64,000 nucleotides of DNA from assembly GCF_009914755.1 (NCBI RefSeq), contig NC_060940.1. One strand, given 5' to 3'. A model generated the notes under the pieces. That model was not told where the DNA came from. It saw only the letters and a program-made list of their open reading frames with translations, and did no database searches. This document shows, in pieces, positions 31,706 through 47,732 of this stretch. The position numbers were made by a program, and so were the translations under genes. Every line of letters begins with the position of its first letter. Positions within the stretch are counted from its first letter, which is position 1. The stretch comes from the human T2T-CHM13v2.0 reference genome, Homo sapiens.

Positions 31706-33907
31706 GGAGAAAGCCTGAGCACCTGAAGGCACTGAGGCTGAGTGAGAGGCTGCTGAGTAGACTAAGAGATTTGGCTTGGGCTCCTGATATCTTTACTTCC
31801 TCTGTGTTTATTCACAGTGATCTCTCTTGTCCTTGCCCATGAAATCGGAAGCACACCTCTGCCCACCTGCTGTGGAAGAGCTTTGTGGAGTGGGCAGCCT
31901 TTGATGATACTGGGTGGTGGTGGTGTCATGCTTGCACACCCCTCAGGACTAGAAGTGAGGGTAGCTCCAATGACAGAAGGGTTCCCTGTTCATCTTTACC
32001 ACCGCCTTACCTGGGGGTGTGGTAATTTTTTTTACCACAATGGGAGGAGGTGTAATTTTTTTTCTACGGCTTTGGCAAATTGGCTGATTTTCTTTTTCTC
32101 TCCCTCTTCTGTCTTTCCTTTTTATTTAAATAAACATTTATTCAGGACATAGTGGATACTTTTCATTCTTTTTGGCAGAACCTCTAGTGTCTTCCCAGGT
32201 TTGAGGACTTGCCAGTCAAAGTGGCAGGGTGGGCCTGTGTCAGAGTTCCACGCTGGCACTGGGGTCAGAGTTTCATGACTAGGGAGAAGAGACTTCTTGT
32301 CTCTGTTCTGTCCCTGCTCCCCATCTGCCCCAAACAACCCAGGAAATCCTGAGTCAGAGGAGATGATGGAAACTTCTTTGCTGATGCAGCCCAGAAGTGG
32401 ATTCCCCGTTGGTCTCATCTACCATTTCACATCCTTGTGTGTACAGCACCGAGGGTGTTTGCTCCAGCATGATTCAGGAATCCTGGCTGCTCTGTTGCTC
32501 TAGTAACGGGCTTTGCCTTTCCTTGCACCTGAAGACTGCCGCGTGAGTGCCCAGACCACAGGCAGAGTGTGAGCTGCCTTCTCTGCAGGGTCAGGGAGAG
32601 GCGAATAGAGATAGCCATGTTGCTGATGGCTGGTTTGTGCCCCATATTGAGGGTAAACTAAAGAGAAATCTGCATCCCAGGGATGTGTTCTCCAAGATTC
32701 CCCAGACTTCAGACAAACAGGGGATGTTTGTGGCCAGTGTCAGTAGAAAGTTGATTTTTCTTACAAAATAATCTCTGCTCCACACTCTTTATTGCCAGAA
32801 TATAAAATAGAATCAGCTCTCTAAGGGCTGCTGTCAAGTCTAGCTAATATCTGGCTCCAGTCTTGAAAGACAGCAAGAAAAGACAAAATTTGATGTTGAG
32901 TAAGCTCGGCCTTTAATTATCATCATGCATTTGCTACAGTGCCTGGCCTTGTTATCAAGTTATGTTCCTAACGGAGGTTAGAAAGTTCCCAAATTCTTTT
33001 TCGAAGCAGCCTCCCTGGTACTCATGTAGACACACAAAATCTCCGGGTTTACTGATCCTAATAATGCCATGTAATTAGAAGAAAAGCCTCTAAGTCAGAA
33101 GGATTGAACCACTCCTGGGTACGCATATCCCCTGTTCAAAATGTTCCCTGAAAATCCCCACCCCTCAGGGGAAACTTACCTACCCAAAAAATACCTTGTT
33201 CCAGAATTAGTCATTTTTGAAGAAGCCCTTTGTTTTCGATAATTGTAGAGTAATGTCTGTCCTTAAAAAATCTGCCTTGTCTTTCACCTTGGTCCTTTTG
33301 GTTGCCTTCTGCCTGTGCTCTGTGGGGTAGATACAGCCAGATGTTCTTGTGATTGAGGTTCCTGGGTGCAAACTCTGTTCACTTCCAGTTGGAAATGAGG
33401 CTGCATCTAAAGGTGGTGGCGATTGTGTGTAGCAGTGGAGCTGGTGTCCTGATGGCTTGTGAGTCCCCCTCTGGTCTGCTCACTTGATCCCCATAGCGTG
33501 CCCAGAAGAGCTTTTCCCAGCCTCAGTGCTGAGTGGGAAACCCAGAAAAGAGGAGTGGCCAAGAGCAGCCCTACAGTGTCTGCCAGAGAAGATACTGGCG
33601 TCCTCCACATGGATGAAAAGAGGAGAATGGGTGTTGTCTAGAACGGGGCGTGGCCTTAGAACCCTTTCTTTGCCCTTTTCCATCCATGATGCATAACTGT
33701 TAGGAAGGCACCATCTCTGACACCTTGCTTTCTGGATTTGAGTGAAATGCATGGAGTGGGATGAGGTGGAAAGGGTATTTGATTACTTAGTAATGTGATA
33801 CACACTTAAATTGATATATAATGTATCTGCTTATGGTTATGCAGTTAATACGTCTTCATTGTAGAAAGTACAAAAAAGTTCAAAATAGAAAATACAAATT
33901 CTCTTAA

Positions 33908-34191
33908 CTTTCTTTATTTTTTTGAAACAGGGTCATGCTCTGTCACCCAGGTTAGGTCACTGCAGCCTTGAACTCCAGGACTCAAGTGATGCTCCCACGT
34001 CAGCCTCTGGAGTAGGTGGAACTACAGGCTTCTGCCGCCATGCCTGGCTAATGTTTTTTTCCATTATTTTTAGGAGAGACAAGGTCTTGCTGTGTTGCCC
34101 AGGCTGGTCTTGAACTCCTGGGCTCAAGCAATCTGCCCACCTTGACCTCCCAAAGTGCTGGAGTTACAGGCATGAGCCGCTTCACCCAGTC
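33908..34191 (-). mobile_element. AluJ with an internal deletion
   Basis: Antisense arms; lacks the ctggagtgcagtgg segment. Confidence 0.88.
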
Positions 34192-34339
34192 TCCACTGTT
34201 GATTTAAGGAGAGCCTTCTAATGTGTCCTAACCTTCAAGTTTCTTCATTTCTTCTTGAAGCCTTCAAGACTACTTCAGTCTTTCTTTTTTCACCTTTTAG
34301 CTGACTTTTCCTGTTTGCTGAGGGTTTATAGCAGAAAAG

Positions 34340-34470
34340 CTTTGAAGTTGGACAGATCCATTTCCTAGATGTGTGACCTTGGGCAAGTTTTACAGCCTCC
34401 CTGAGCCTCGGTTTCCTCATCTGTAAAGTGGGGAGAATGATACCTGTCCTCAAGTTCACTGTGAAGCTTG
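34340..34470 (+). mobile_element. MIR
   Basis: tgtgaccttgggcaagtt...ctgagcctcggtttcctcatctgtaaagtggg. Confidence 0.85.
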
Positions 34471-35444
34471 CTGGGGATTGTGGGGAGTGTGGAAACCCTG
34501 AGAGGTAAAAGGTGTAAATTCAGTGTTCTCTTTTTTCACTTCACTACCCCTCACCCTTCTCTGTTCCACTTGGTTTCTCATAGTCTTGATCCTCCTTCTT
34601 AAAATTTTAGCCAATTTAGTTTCTAGCAGATCAAAAAAAGAAGCTCATTCCCTGGGTATGAGAAAAATATCAACATTTATTGAACATCTACCACTACTGG
34701 GCATTTTGTTGTCTGCTTTACATAATAATTGCAATACTTGTGACAGCTGTGAGAATCAGTTTCCTATCTGACAGGGAGCTGAGGATAGGTAGCTTACTGG
34801 GGGTCACGTGCACCTTTGAATGCTTGCTTGCCCTCACCCCCACCTCCACAGTGTGGGGTCAGGACCCCTAAGCAGTACTGGTGGTGGGGTCCACCATGCC
34901 ACACAGTTTAGTTTCTCTCCCCTAGTCATCATCTCATGTGGCCCTTCTGAGTCAGGAGAAGCCATATTCTGCTGCCTCAAATTGCTCGTACATTATGAGG
35001 GGAAAGGATGGAGCCCTTGTGGGGGTGACATTGGCCTTTTGTGTTTACCTACTGGGTGTGTCTGTGTGTGTGATGTTCATCATGGTAACAATGGATATTT
35101 TTTCCATTGCACATCTGATAACTTGCATCTCAGATCCTAATTAGGCCTTTATAGCTCCAAAATTACATGCTCTTACATGCCTGTGATTATCTCAATAGGA
35201 TTAACAGTCCCTTGGCCATAAAGATAATTGAGATCCCTCATGGTGGCATATTTTTATTGCTGCAACATCCTCTCTAACCATCCCTCCACACAATGTCTTA
35301 CCGTTTTCCAGTGACTGCTTTTTCACTTCATTCTGAATAGGAAATGTTCAGGGATCTCTGAGAGGCAGAATTCTTCTGTGATTATGCAAACCATGGTAAC
35401 CATTATGCATTTTTTCTCCCCTCTCCCCCTTCTCCTGATGGTAG

Positions 35445-35500
35445 GTGCCTGGAGATTTGAGTCAAACGTCCGAAGACCAGAGTTTGTCGGATTTTGAAAT
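35445..35500 (+). CDS. SNX29: SNX29 internal coding exon (56 nt, phase 0 to 2), VPGDLSQTSEDQSLSDFE(I), linker before the PX domain
   Basis: Pyrimidine tract 35410-35436 then tag|GTG; donor AAT|gtaagt; joins in frame to the next exon (AT+A=Ile); peptide recognised as SNX29 from memory (about exon 17). Confidence 0.93.
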
Positions 35501-35634
35501 GTAAGTCCACAGCCTGTGCTCACAAGGGGTCCTTTAGAAACTGGACTCTGTTGTTGGCTTCTGTCCCAGAAGACCACAGGGGGAAACAGAAATCACTGTT
35601 GAGACCCACACAAGGTTGATGTGGTTCTTGTAGA

Positions 35635-35960
35635 GCTGGTAGGAGTCGCTCTCCTACAGCCTCAGTCTCGCCCTCAGATGTGTTTTTTCTCACCCTTGGG
35701 TATTTAAAAACATTTTTTTTTTTTTTTGGCTGACATTTAGAAGTTGGAAGCTATCACATAACACAAATTTCCTTTATTTTCTTTAAAAATGAGACGCTTG
35801 TCCCTGTGAGGCCACAGTCTGCTGGAGCTGAGTAAAAGCTATCCCCTTTGCACAGGGCATGTGCCGTCCAATTGACCACAGTTCCCGCTCTTTGCTGTTG
35901 CCTGGAAGTGACCGACTTCACTCATTTTATGATCTGTGTGGCCCCTGGGTTATTGGAAAC
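35635..35960. mobile_element. MER102-like hAT-Charlie element
   Basis: gctggagctgagta...cccctttg...gggcatgtgc...cttcactcattt...ggcccctg. Confidence 0.6.
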
Positions 35961-36046
35961 AACAGTAGTCCATGCCTTGGTCGGATTTTTGATTGGGTTC
36001 GATTCTATTTGGCACCTCTGCTGAGCCACCCGTAGGGAGAGATTAG

Positions 36047-36349
<303 letters not shown>

Positions 36350-37743
36350 GATTTTTGTTCAGGATTTCTTGGGCTTTGGACAAATAGATCCCTTAGGCTG
36401 GTAAAGGAAATGGATAAGTTGTCTCCTCTCTCATTCATCTCTGGCGAGTTTAAGGTTCAGCACCCGTTGGGAAGAAAAGCCCGGGAAAAGTCCCTTTTAG
36501 AGCAGGCAGGGCTGGGCCTTGGAAAGAGCATCTCTTCAGAGGCAGGCTGGCCTGCGTTGAAATCTCAGGCATCAGTCCAGGCATTTGACCTCACTGGGCC
36601 TCACTTTCCTAATTTGTGAGGCGAAGGTCCTGATGCGAACCTTGCAGAGCTTGTGGTGGCGATGAGTGAGATTATGAAAGGCATGAGGGCATCACGGGGC
36701 TATTCATGTTGGGGCAGCTGCTGGGGTCGGGGGTGGCGGTGGCTGTTAGGCTGATAGGGTGGAGAGGCTGAGGTGGGTGAGAGGTGAAGGATGAAAATCA
36801 AAGGTGAATTTGCCTGCTGTGGGCTTGTGGGCAGGGGGAGCATGGCATGAAGAGGCTCCTGGAACGGCAGAGTCCGGCGGAGGGCAGCTGTGGGAAGAAA
36901 CTGGGAAGACAAGAGAGAGCCACAGAGGGGAGTCCCAGACACGAGGCTGGAAGCACTCATTATTAAAGCAAGAATTCACCCATGTCCTGCTGCAGGCTGG
37001 TGTCTGGGCAGGTCCCTAATAGAGAGGATGAATTAGCCATGGTCCCTGCCCTCAAGTGGTCTCTGCCTGATCCAGGCCACATTGTCTCTCCCCAGAGATT
37101 TGGAACCTCCCCCAACCAGTTTACTCATCTACGCTAAAGCCAGAGGCAGCAATGGCACCATTCCCGTCTCAGCATGGAGACTGAAATCCTTTGTGGAGCT
37201 TACGAAGAAGGCCCTCACTCACCTCTGGCTTCGTTCCCAGCCTTTCCCACTCCTCTCCCTGCACCAGCCATCCTGGCAGTTCCGCTCCTCTAACCCACTT
37301 GGTCCTCTCCCTTTAGGATTATTATTTTACCCACTTAAACCACTTGTACACAGCATTGCCTCTGTGCTGGACACTGTTCTAACTCACTCAGTCCCTACAA
37401 CAACCTTCAGAGATGGGTGTCTCCTCACGGATGATGAAATTGAGCTGGGTTTCAAACCCAGGCAGTGCTGGTCTAGACTCAGTGCTCTCCACAAATGCTT
37501 ATTCCCCTGCCTGAAGCACCTTTCTCATCCTCAACTTGGCTAACTCTAAATATCCCTTAAAGCCTGGCCGAAACATTGCTTCTTCAAAGAAGCCTTCTCT
37601 GGTGTCCCAGACCAAAGCAGGCCCTGGAAGTCACTCTCCTTAGATCCAGTGTTCCTTTGTGGCACTTACAATAATAGTAAATAATTTATCTGTAACAACT
37701 ATTGGCATATATACACCTGACAACAAAGCTTCAGAACATGTGA

Positions 37744-38132
<389 letters not shown>

Positions 38133-38361
38133 TCAGTACCCCACTTTTAATAATGGATAGGATAACTAGACAGATCAGTAAGGGGTTAGAAGATTTGAAC
38201 AACATGAGAAACCAATTAGATTTAACAGCAGAATGCACATTCTTCTCAAGTGCCTGTAACTTTCCAGGAAAGACTGTATGTTAGGCCACAAAACCAGTCT
38301 CAATTAATTTTTAAAAATTGAAATCATCCAAAGTATCTTCCTTGACCACAATAGAGTTAAA

Positions 38362-38666
38362 TTTTTTTTTTTTTTTTTTTTTTTTGAGATGGAGTCTCAC
38401 TCTGTTGCCCAGGCTGGAGTGCAGTGGTGTGACCTTGGCTCACTGCAACCTCTGCCTCCGGGTTCAAGTGATTCTCCTGCCTCAGCCTCCCAAGTAGCTG
38501 GGACTACAGGCGCGTGCCACCATGCCCAGCTAATTTTTGTATTTTTAGTAGAGACAGGGTTTCACCATCTTGGCCAGGCTGGTCTCGAACTCCTGACCTC
38601 AGATGATCCACCTTCCTCAGCCTCCCAAAGTGCTGGGATTACAGGTGTGAGCCCCTGCACCCAGCC
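38362..38666 (-). mobile_element. AluS
   Basis: Long T tract; TSD-like cacaatagagt/cacaacagagt. Confidence 0.95.
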
Positions 38667-40195
38667 CACAACAGAGTAAATTTTATGGAGATTTGTCTCT
38701 CTCCCATGTTAAAACTGAATGCTCCAGAAGAAAGGGCTGTCTGCTTCTTTTATTGCTCTATCTCCAGTACCCAGAGTAGTGGCTTCTCAGTAAAACTTGT
38801 TTAATGAGTGAGTGAAGGAACAAAAGGATGAACAAATGAACTAACATCTAGGAGGGAGATGGGTCACTTAAACAATCAATTTCTGATACAGTGTGGTCAA
38901 TGCACTGAAAGAGAGAACCATTTAACCCAGGCTGGGGTAACCTCGCTCTAACCCTGGGAGGTTGTCCACTCCTCACCAATCCAGAAAAGTTAATAAAAAC
39001 CAGAGTGCTAGTTATATTTCTGCCTTGTAGCCTGACACAGAAATGAAAGGAGAATGTTCTAGGCACTAATACAATTTCAGGGACCTTTCCAGGAGGAAAG
39101 TGATTAGATACACAAACCAGTTTTGATGGCTCAGAATTGCAATGTACAAATTGCCTTGAGCCCTGGGGAAGTGATCAATGGGGTTTAATTTACCCCTCAA
39201 AGGAGGTCAGCTCCTCTGCTCAGAGATGAGAAGAAATGCTATTTCAGGAGAGACCCATTACCTGAAGGGTTATTGTCATTGTGAAAATGAAATGGTCTTT
39301 ACTCTAGAGGTTGTGAGAACATTGAGTCGTGGAATCTTCCATCACCGGTGTCTCAAATTGTGTTCCAAGCCCAGAAGGCTGGCGAGTTTTTATGAGCTGC
39401 TCTTGAGAGAGAAGGAGAGCTCAGGAGAAAGCATTTAGCCCTGGAACAGCTCTAATTAGAGGCGAAGGCCGGGACCTTACAGCCCTTCCAGAATGGTGCA
39501 GCACCGTTTTGATAATTATTACAATTGATCTTGAAGTTTCAGGGACAGTCAGCTTATTCGCTCTGTGTAATTTGGATCCAGCCGGGTACAAATGTGACAG
39601 TGACTTACGAGTTAAGTTTAAAGTCATCACAGAAGACAAAACAATCACATAACCAAAATATCTGTTAAACATGCCTCACCTGGCCCACGCGAGGTGAGAA
39701 ATAAATGATTTGACCATAGGTAAAAGCATGGAGCTGTGCGTGGTAGGTGCTCAGTAAATTATTTTGCATTTGAATTTAAACCTTGGTGTATTGGACCCAT
39801 ATACACAGTGTTTTTGGAAAAGCTGAAAGAGAGGTATTTGTACCCATCAGCCTGGTTTTCTAACTTGTCATTTTCTCTGGTCCCTCCCTCCTCCCATCCT
39901 AAACAGCTGTCACCCTTGTTGCCATGAGTGTTGGTCTCCTGAGCTCGTTTGTGGAGTCTGATCTTAAAATGGGCTCAGGGTCAGGGTCTAAAGTCAGCTC
40001 AGTGAGGAGGCAGCGTGACTGCTGGGTGCTCCAGAAACGCTGGGCATTGCTGTGTGTGACCTCCTGTGATCGCGTCCTTGGGGCTTCCAGTTATTATCTT
40101 CATTTTCAGATGTGGAGACTGAGGTTCAGATACATTATGGGCCAGATCACTCCATAAGAACTGAAGGGAGCTCTTTCACATTCCGGAGTACAGAT

Positions 40196-40205
40196 TGTGT
40201 GTGTA

Positions 40206-40254
<49 letters not shown>

Positions 40255-40263
40255 AGAGAGAGA
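40196..40263. repeat. (GT)21 core at 40211-40252 with TG/TA flank and short GA tail
   Basis: Read directly. Confidence 0.97.
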
Positions 40264-40446
40264 CAGACTGAGTGATGACTTAAACTTGTCCTTTAGCTTG
40301 CCATCAGGTGTGATGTAAGTTGTCATAAATTGCTTGTGCATAATACCTCTTGGAGTAGAAAATTGTCTCCTTTCCTCTTTTTTATTTTTTATTTTTTTGT
40401 AAGTTAAAATGTCTAATGTTGGTCTCTCTCTCTTCCTTTTGGTTAG

Positions 40447-40528
40447 ATCAAACCGGGCGCTGATCAACGTCTGGATCCCCTCAGTGTTTCTCCGGGGCAA
40501 AGCAGCAAATGCATTCCACGTGTATCAG
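40447..40528 (+). CDS. SNX29: SNX29 internal coding exon (82 nt, phase 2 to 0), SNRALINVWIPSVFLRGKAANAFHVYQ, N-terminal part of the PX domain
   Basis: Acceptor tctctcttccttttggttag|A, donor CAG|gtgagt; PX beta-strand-like peptide (HVYQ) recognised as SNX29; appears inside ORF 40409..40627. Confidence 0.95.
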
Positions 40529-42695
40529 GTGAGTGCCTGGTTTTCAGGTGGACATCACAGCTGGGTGGAAAAACGCCCATTTGTCATGCTGTGGTGCTTT
40601 TTGCCTCTTGGTGGTGGGGCGCTATGATTAGGAGGCTATGGCCTTCCAGACACCCACATCTTAACTGCCCAGAGGCCTTGCCGAAGAAGTCTGTGGCTTT
40701 CAGTTGGGCAGGGGGACACGGTGGGCCTCTTCGTGCCAGTCAGGCTGTTAGTGTGGCTGCTGTGGAATCTCAGCTCAGACTGCATGAGCAGAAACGGAGA
40801 TGTGTGTTTGCTTGTTTTGCATCTGAAAAGTCCAGTGGTAGGTCGGGCCTTGGGCATGGCTGGACCTGCCATCAGGAACCTGCTGCCATATCCTGTGTCT
40901 GCTGCTTGGTGACCCTCTCAGGCCAGCTGTCTGTGGGTTGACAGGATGACCCCAGCAGCGCCAGGTTCTCAGCCTGGAAGGGCGGGTCTCACTGGTGTGT
41001 CCTGGATCTTGAGCCTCTTCCTACACCTTGGGGTTGGGTGACGGACTCTGTGACTGGCCTGATTCAGCTCATGTGACCACCACTGTCGCCAGGGTGGGTG
41101 TTTACCTCACCTGACCACATGTCTGAGAGTGGGGAAAGGAGATTCCCCAAATGAGAGCCAGAGAATTCTTTCCAAAAGAAGGGGCAATGGATACTGGACA
41201 AGCGGGACCTGTAGACATCGCCTCTGCTTCCTTGGGGTACGGATAGCCGCACCCAGGTGGGCATTGAGTGTCTGGGGCAGCGAAATGTGTGTCTGCTTAG
41301 GAGGTGATTTTACCCAGTCAAGGGGACTCCAGTTCTCCGTCTCCTCTCTGATTTTCTGAAGCCTCTTTTAGCCCTGCCCACAACTCGTCTGCATGTCTGT
41401 CTTCCTTCTCCTCCTCTCTCTTACCACGGACTCTGATTTCCAGGCTTTGGTGTGCCCTTGTTCTGGGACTGCTTTGTTCTCAGTGCTGAGCCCCAGCTGC
41501 TTCCTGCTTCTCCTGTCTGCTTGTGCTAAAATAATTGTCGTTAGGTTTTGTTTTATTCCCCATGAGCTCTCTGCAAACCCTTGGATTTTGTTGCCATTTT
41601 TCTTAGTGAGAAATTGACTTATTGAAGAAATTTTCTTGTCTATTAAGATATTTTTCCCCAAAGAGTGGGGTGTTGAAGAAAGGACACTGAACCTGAAAGC
41701 GGAATCCCTGGTTTAAATCCTGTGACCTTAGATGAGTCTTAGTTTCTTCAGCTGTAAAATGGAGACAGTAATCTATCTTGTAAAACTGTTTTGAGATTAG
41801 AAATACCTGGCCTGCAGTAGACACTCTATTCATTTCTCACCTTCCCAAATGACCGCTGTGCTTGGTCTCAGGTCTAAGCATAATATGCACATCTTACTGG
41901 AAATCTTAGGGACAGATGAGCTAGACTTTGGCATGAGAAGTTTGTTTTAGTTTGACACCTTCAGCTGGGCAACAGTCATAGGAGAATCTTGAGTGTTCAT
42001 GTTGTTCCCAGCTCCGGTTTAAAGGGAGAATTAGATATTATGGATTTTCAAAAATCCTCTTCTCTTTGTTTCTCCTTTTGTCCCCCACAAACCCAACTTT
42101 CTTATTTGACCCTTCAAGTTCTGCATTGTGGTCATCAGAGAGCTGGAAGGTGCAGCCTGGAGGATGAAAAAAGTACAGCAGACAGCTCTATTTTAGAGCA
42201 AAATTAAAACATGTTATCACTTGAGAGGTTTCCTTGACCTTTCAGTTTTGACTTTTCCCCCTGTTTACCCCATGAAGCAACTTGGCAATTTTTAGCTCCT
42301 GAAAGCTATGAAATGAGACGGACCTTAGCAAATATGCCGTTGCCTGGGAGATTGTTTCCACAGTGGCCACTGTGGCAGTGAAGCCACTCTCTCCCCGTCC
42401 TTTACGGTGTGAAGCTCTCATGGGTTCAGCCCTGCTTCCAGCCAGCCTCAGGCCTGGCCGCTCTGCATCGCTGGGAGCAACTTCACTCCACGCCTTTGGC
42501 CTTCTGCAGCCTTCCTGATGCTGGGGTGTGTGAAGTGGTGTCTCTTGCATGCAATTATTTTTCTCTTTTTAGCAAATGATGCTTCTGATTGGTGCCTGCA
42601 GAGCAAAATCAGAGCATGTGTTTGGAAGCATTTTAGAAATCCTTTATTGCCATGTTTTTACTTTATATAAATGATATTGCATAGAAGGTGACTCA

Positions 42696-43051
<356 letters not shown>

Positions 43052-43550
43052 CTATTTAATTCCACAAAAGATTTGACATAATTTCTAGAGAAACGTCTAA
43101 AAAAGAATGATAAAAGAGAGGTTAAAAAAAATACATCAGGGTCAATGAAAATGTAAACTAAGGGTTTAAAAGGAAAAAGCGGAAAGCATATATATGTGTC
43201 ATGAGATTCTACACAGTTGCACTCATTGATTTATGAATTTCCTGTGGGCTTCCTGGCAGCCATTGTGAAAGGGAAATGTGGTTATTTGGATAATTCTGTT
43301 GCTAATGATAAGAAAATATGTTAATTCTTTAAAAGAAGCTGTAAAAGAAATTTCCACACAGGATTTGAGATTAAACAATAAAAAAGGATAGAGTAGACAA
43401 TCCCCATCTACATTCCCGTGACAGCCACTGTCTGGTTTTGTTAAGATTTCCCTTGAAGGAAACCAAGGGCATAACCCCAAAGTGAACATAAATTCGACTG
43501 GAGAGCCAAGACATGTAGCTTTCTCAGGAGAGTGGTGCTCCCTGGTACTG

Positions 43551-44010
<460 letters not shown>

Positions 44011-44831
44011 ATCTGGAACATTTACCCCACACACAGAGGTCTGCAGGGCGGCTGCCTTGGAACAAGCTCTCCTAGCGTGTGGGATGGCAAGATGGTGGTG
44101 TATGTGCCAAGTCAGGATTTAGAAGGACCACACTGGCCATGAAAGGCCACATCCTGCAGGGAGAAGGGCCCCCGTTTTTCAGCCCTTCATGGCTTCCAGC
44201 TCCTTGGAAGAGGAAGTCTCTGTGTCACTCTCTTACCTCTCATGTCCCTCTGATCTTTCTTAGGAAAAACAGCAAGGCTGGGGTCATTGCCTTTGGCAGG
44301 TGACAAGCTTAAGGTTAATTAGATTGTTTTTTTTTTTTTCTGTATTCATTTTTACATTTGCCTCCTAGTTATGTCACAGAATTCTATTTTTCCATTTACC
44401 ATGGTGATGTACAGTCCCCCTTTAAAATATATTTTAGGTAAAAAGGAAATGAGTCAGCTTAAAGAAAGCTACTAAATAAACAATCGTGAAAACAGTCCAA
44501 AGTTTAGCATGATGCTCTATGAATGATTGATATTTGGGTAGCACTATAAAGGAACAGATAGACTGTGATTAACAAATACCAGTATAATAATTAGTAGCCA
44601 CCTCTCACTGGTTTGTGTGTTGTGTAATAGCTCATTCGATCCTTGTAGCCATCCTGTGGGGTAAGAAACTCTTACCCCATTTTATAGGTGAAGAATCAAA
44701 GGCACAGAGAAGCATCTCATTTACTGACATGTTTTTCAGCCCCCAAAGCAGTCTCTGACAAGGTCCTGGTCTTTAGAGATTCTGTGTTACTGAAGGAGGG
44801 CTGAATCAAGCTCTTTAAAAATCCTAAAAGC

Positions 44832-45839
<1,008 letters not shown>

Positions 45840-46424
45840 CTACATGCCAAAGAAATTAAGGTAATTCCCCTGCTATGTGCAGTCACAGAGCCCCCACTAC
45901 TTGTATTGTGGAAAAATCTGGAATTATATTTGGCACAGAGGATTCTAGCAAGAAGTGCTGTGCATTGCCAAGGTTGAATGCAAATTATTGCAAAAAGTTT
46001 GTGTTCCTGTGTCCTGAGAGGGAGCTGAGGTGTGTTATGCCACTGAAAATAAGAAATGGCGGCATTTGACTACTTTTCAGGACAAAGTAATATCTGGAGA
46101 GTTCCTGATTTTAAGTTTTTCATCCGTGAGTACTTCTTACACGGTAGGCTGTGCTGATGCGTGGCTGCTGGCAGGCACTAGCCGGAGACAAAATGATTAA
46201 GGAGTGTCAAATAAAATGGAAAACAAAATTAAACTCAATCCAGTACCTTGTTTTGCTGGGTTTTTCTCTTTCTCTTGTTAACATACATTTTGGTTTGATT
46301 TTTCTGGCACTTCCATATGACAGAGTTAAATTTGTTGTTAATTAATTTCTAGTTTATACCTTTGCAGATGGTTGATCTTATTCCCCAAATTCCCTGACTC
46401 CAGACGGGTTTGAGATTCACTGTC

Positions 46425-46651
<227 letters not shown>

Positions 46652-46937
46652 TGAGATTCACTGTCTTAATATCCCACTCAAGTGTCTCTAAAGGTATGTT
46701 AGGCCTTAAAAAAGCTCACCTATTTGTTTTCTTCAACTATTACAGCCATCAGATTGGTATGAAGTAATACATCAGTGTACTTACCTGAGATCTTAGGTCT
46801 TTCCCTTTGAAAAATACCTTCAGTGTAAGTACATTTGGAATCAGTCTTCCATGTGGGATAAATTTCAGCCTTTGCGTCTAGCGACCACAAATGCTGGCTG
46901 TTGTACAATATTTCATTTGCGCAACAGAACCGATTAG

Positions 46938-47292
<355 letters not shown>

Positions 47293-47443
47293 GCGTTTTT
47301 TTCTTCTAGAATAAGTTCTGTTTCCTAGAGGCCACAGGGTGTTGTCTTGGCCTGAGGAATGTTGGTATCCCAGGAAAACTTGTTCAGTATCTGAACTCTT
47401 CCCATCCCCCATCCTGCAGAACAAAATCACATAGCCTGAGTGG

Positions 47444-47732
47444 TTATTATTATTACTTTGTTGGAGACAGGGTCTCGCTTTGTCACTCAGGCTGGGGTGC
47501 AGTGGCACAATCATGGCTCATTTCAGCCTTGAATTTCCAGGTCAAGCAATCCTCCTGCCTCAGCCTCCTAAGTATGTGGAACTGTAGGCATGTACCACAA
47601 TGCCCATATTTTTGAAGAGACAGGGTCTCACTGTGCTGCCTAGGCTGGTCTGTAACTCCTGGTCTCAAGTGATCTTCCCACTTGGGCCTCCCAAAGTGCT
47701 GGGATTACAGGTGCAAGCCACTGTGCCTGGCC
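47444..47732 (-). mobile_element. AluJ
   Basis: Antisense arms with shortened linker. Confidence 0.88.

Noticed and set aside
40272-40380. C-box-like GTGATGA suggesting an intronic C/D snoRNA
   Set aside because: No D box (CTGA) or terminal stem at a suitable distance.
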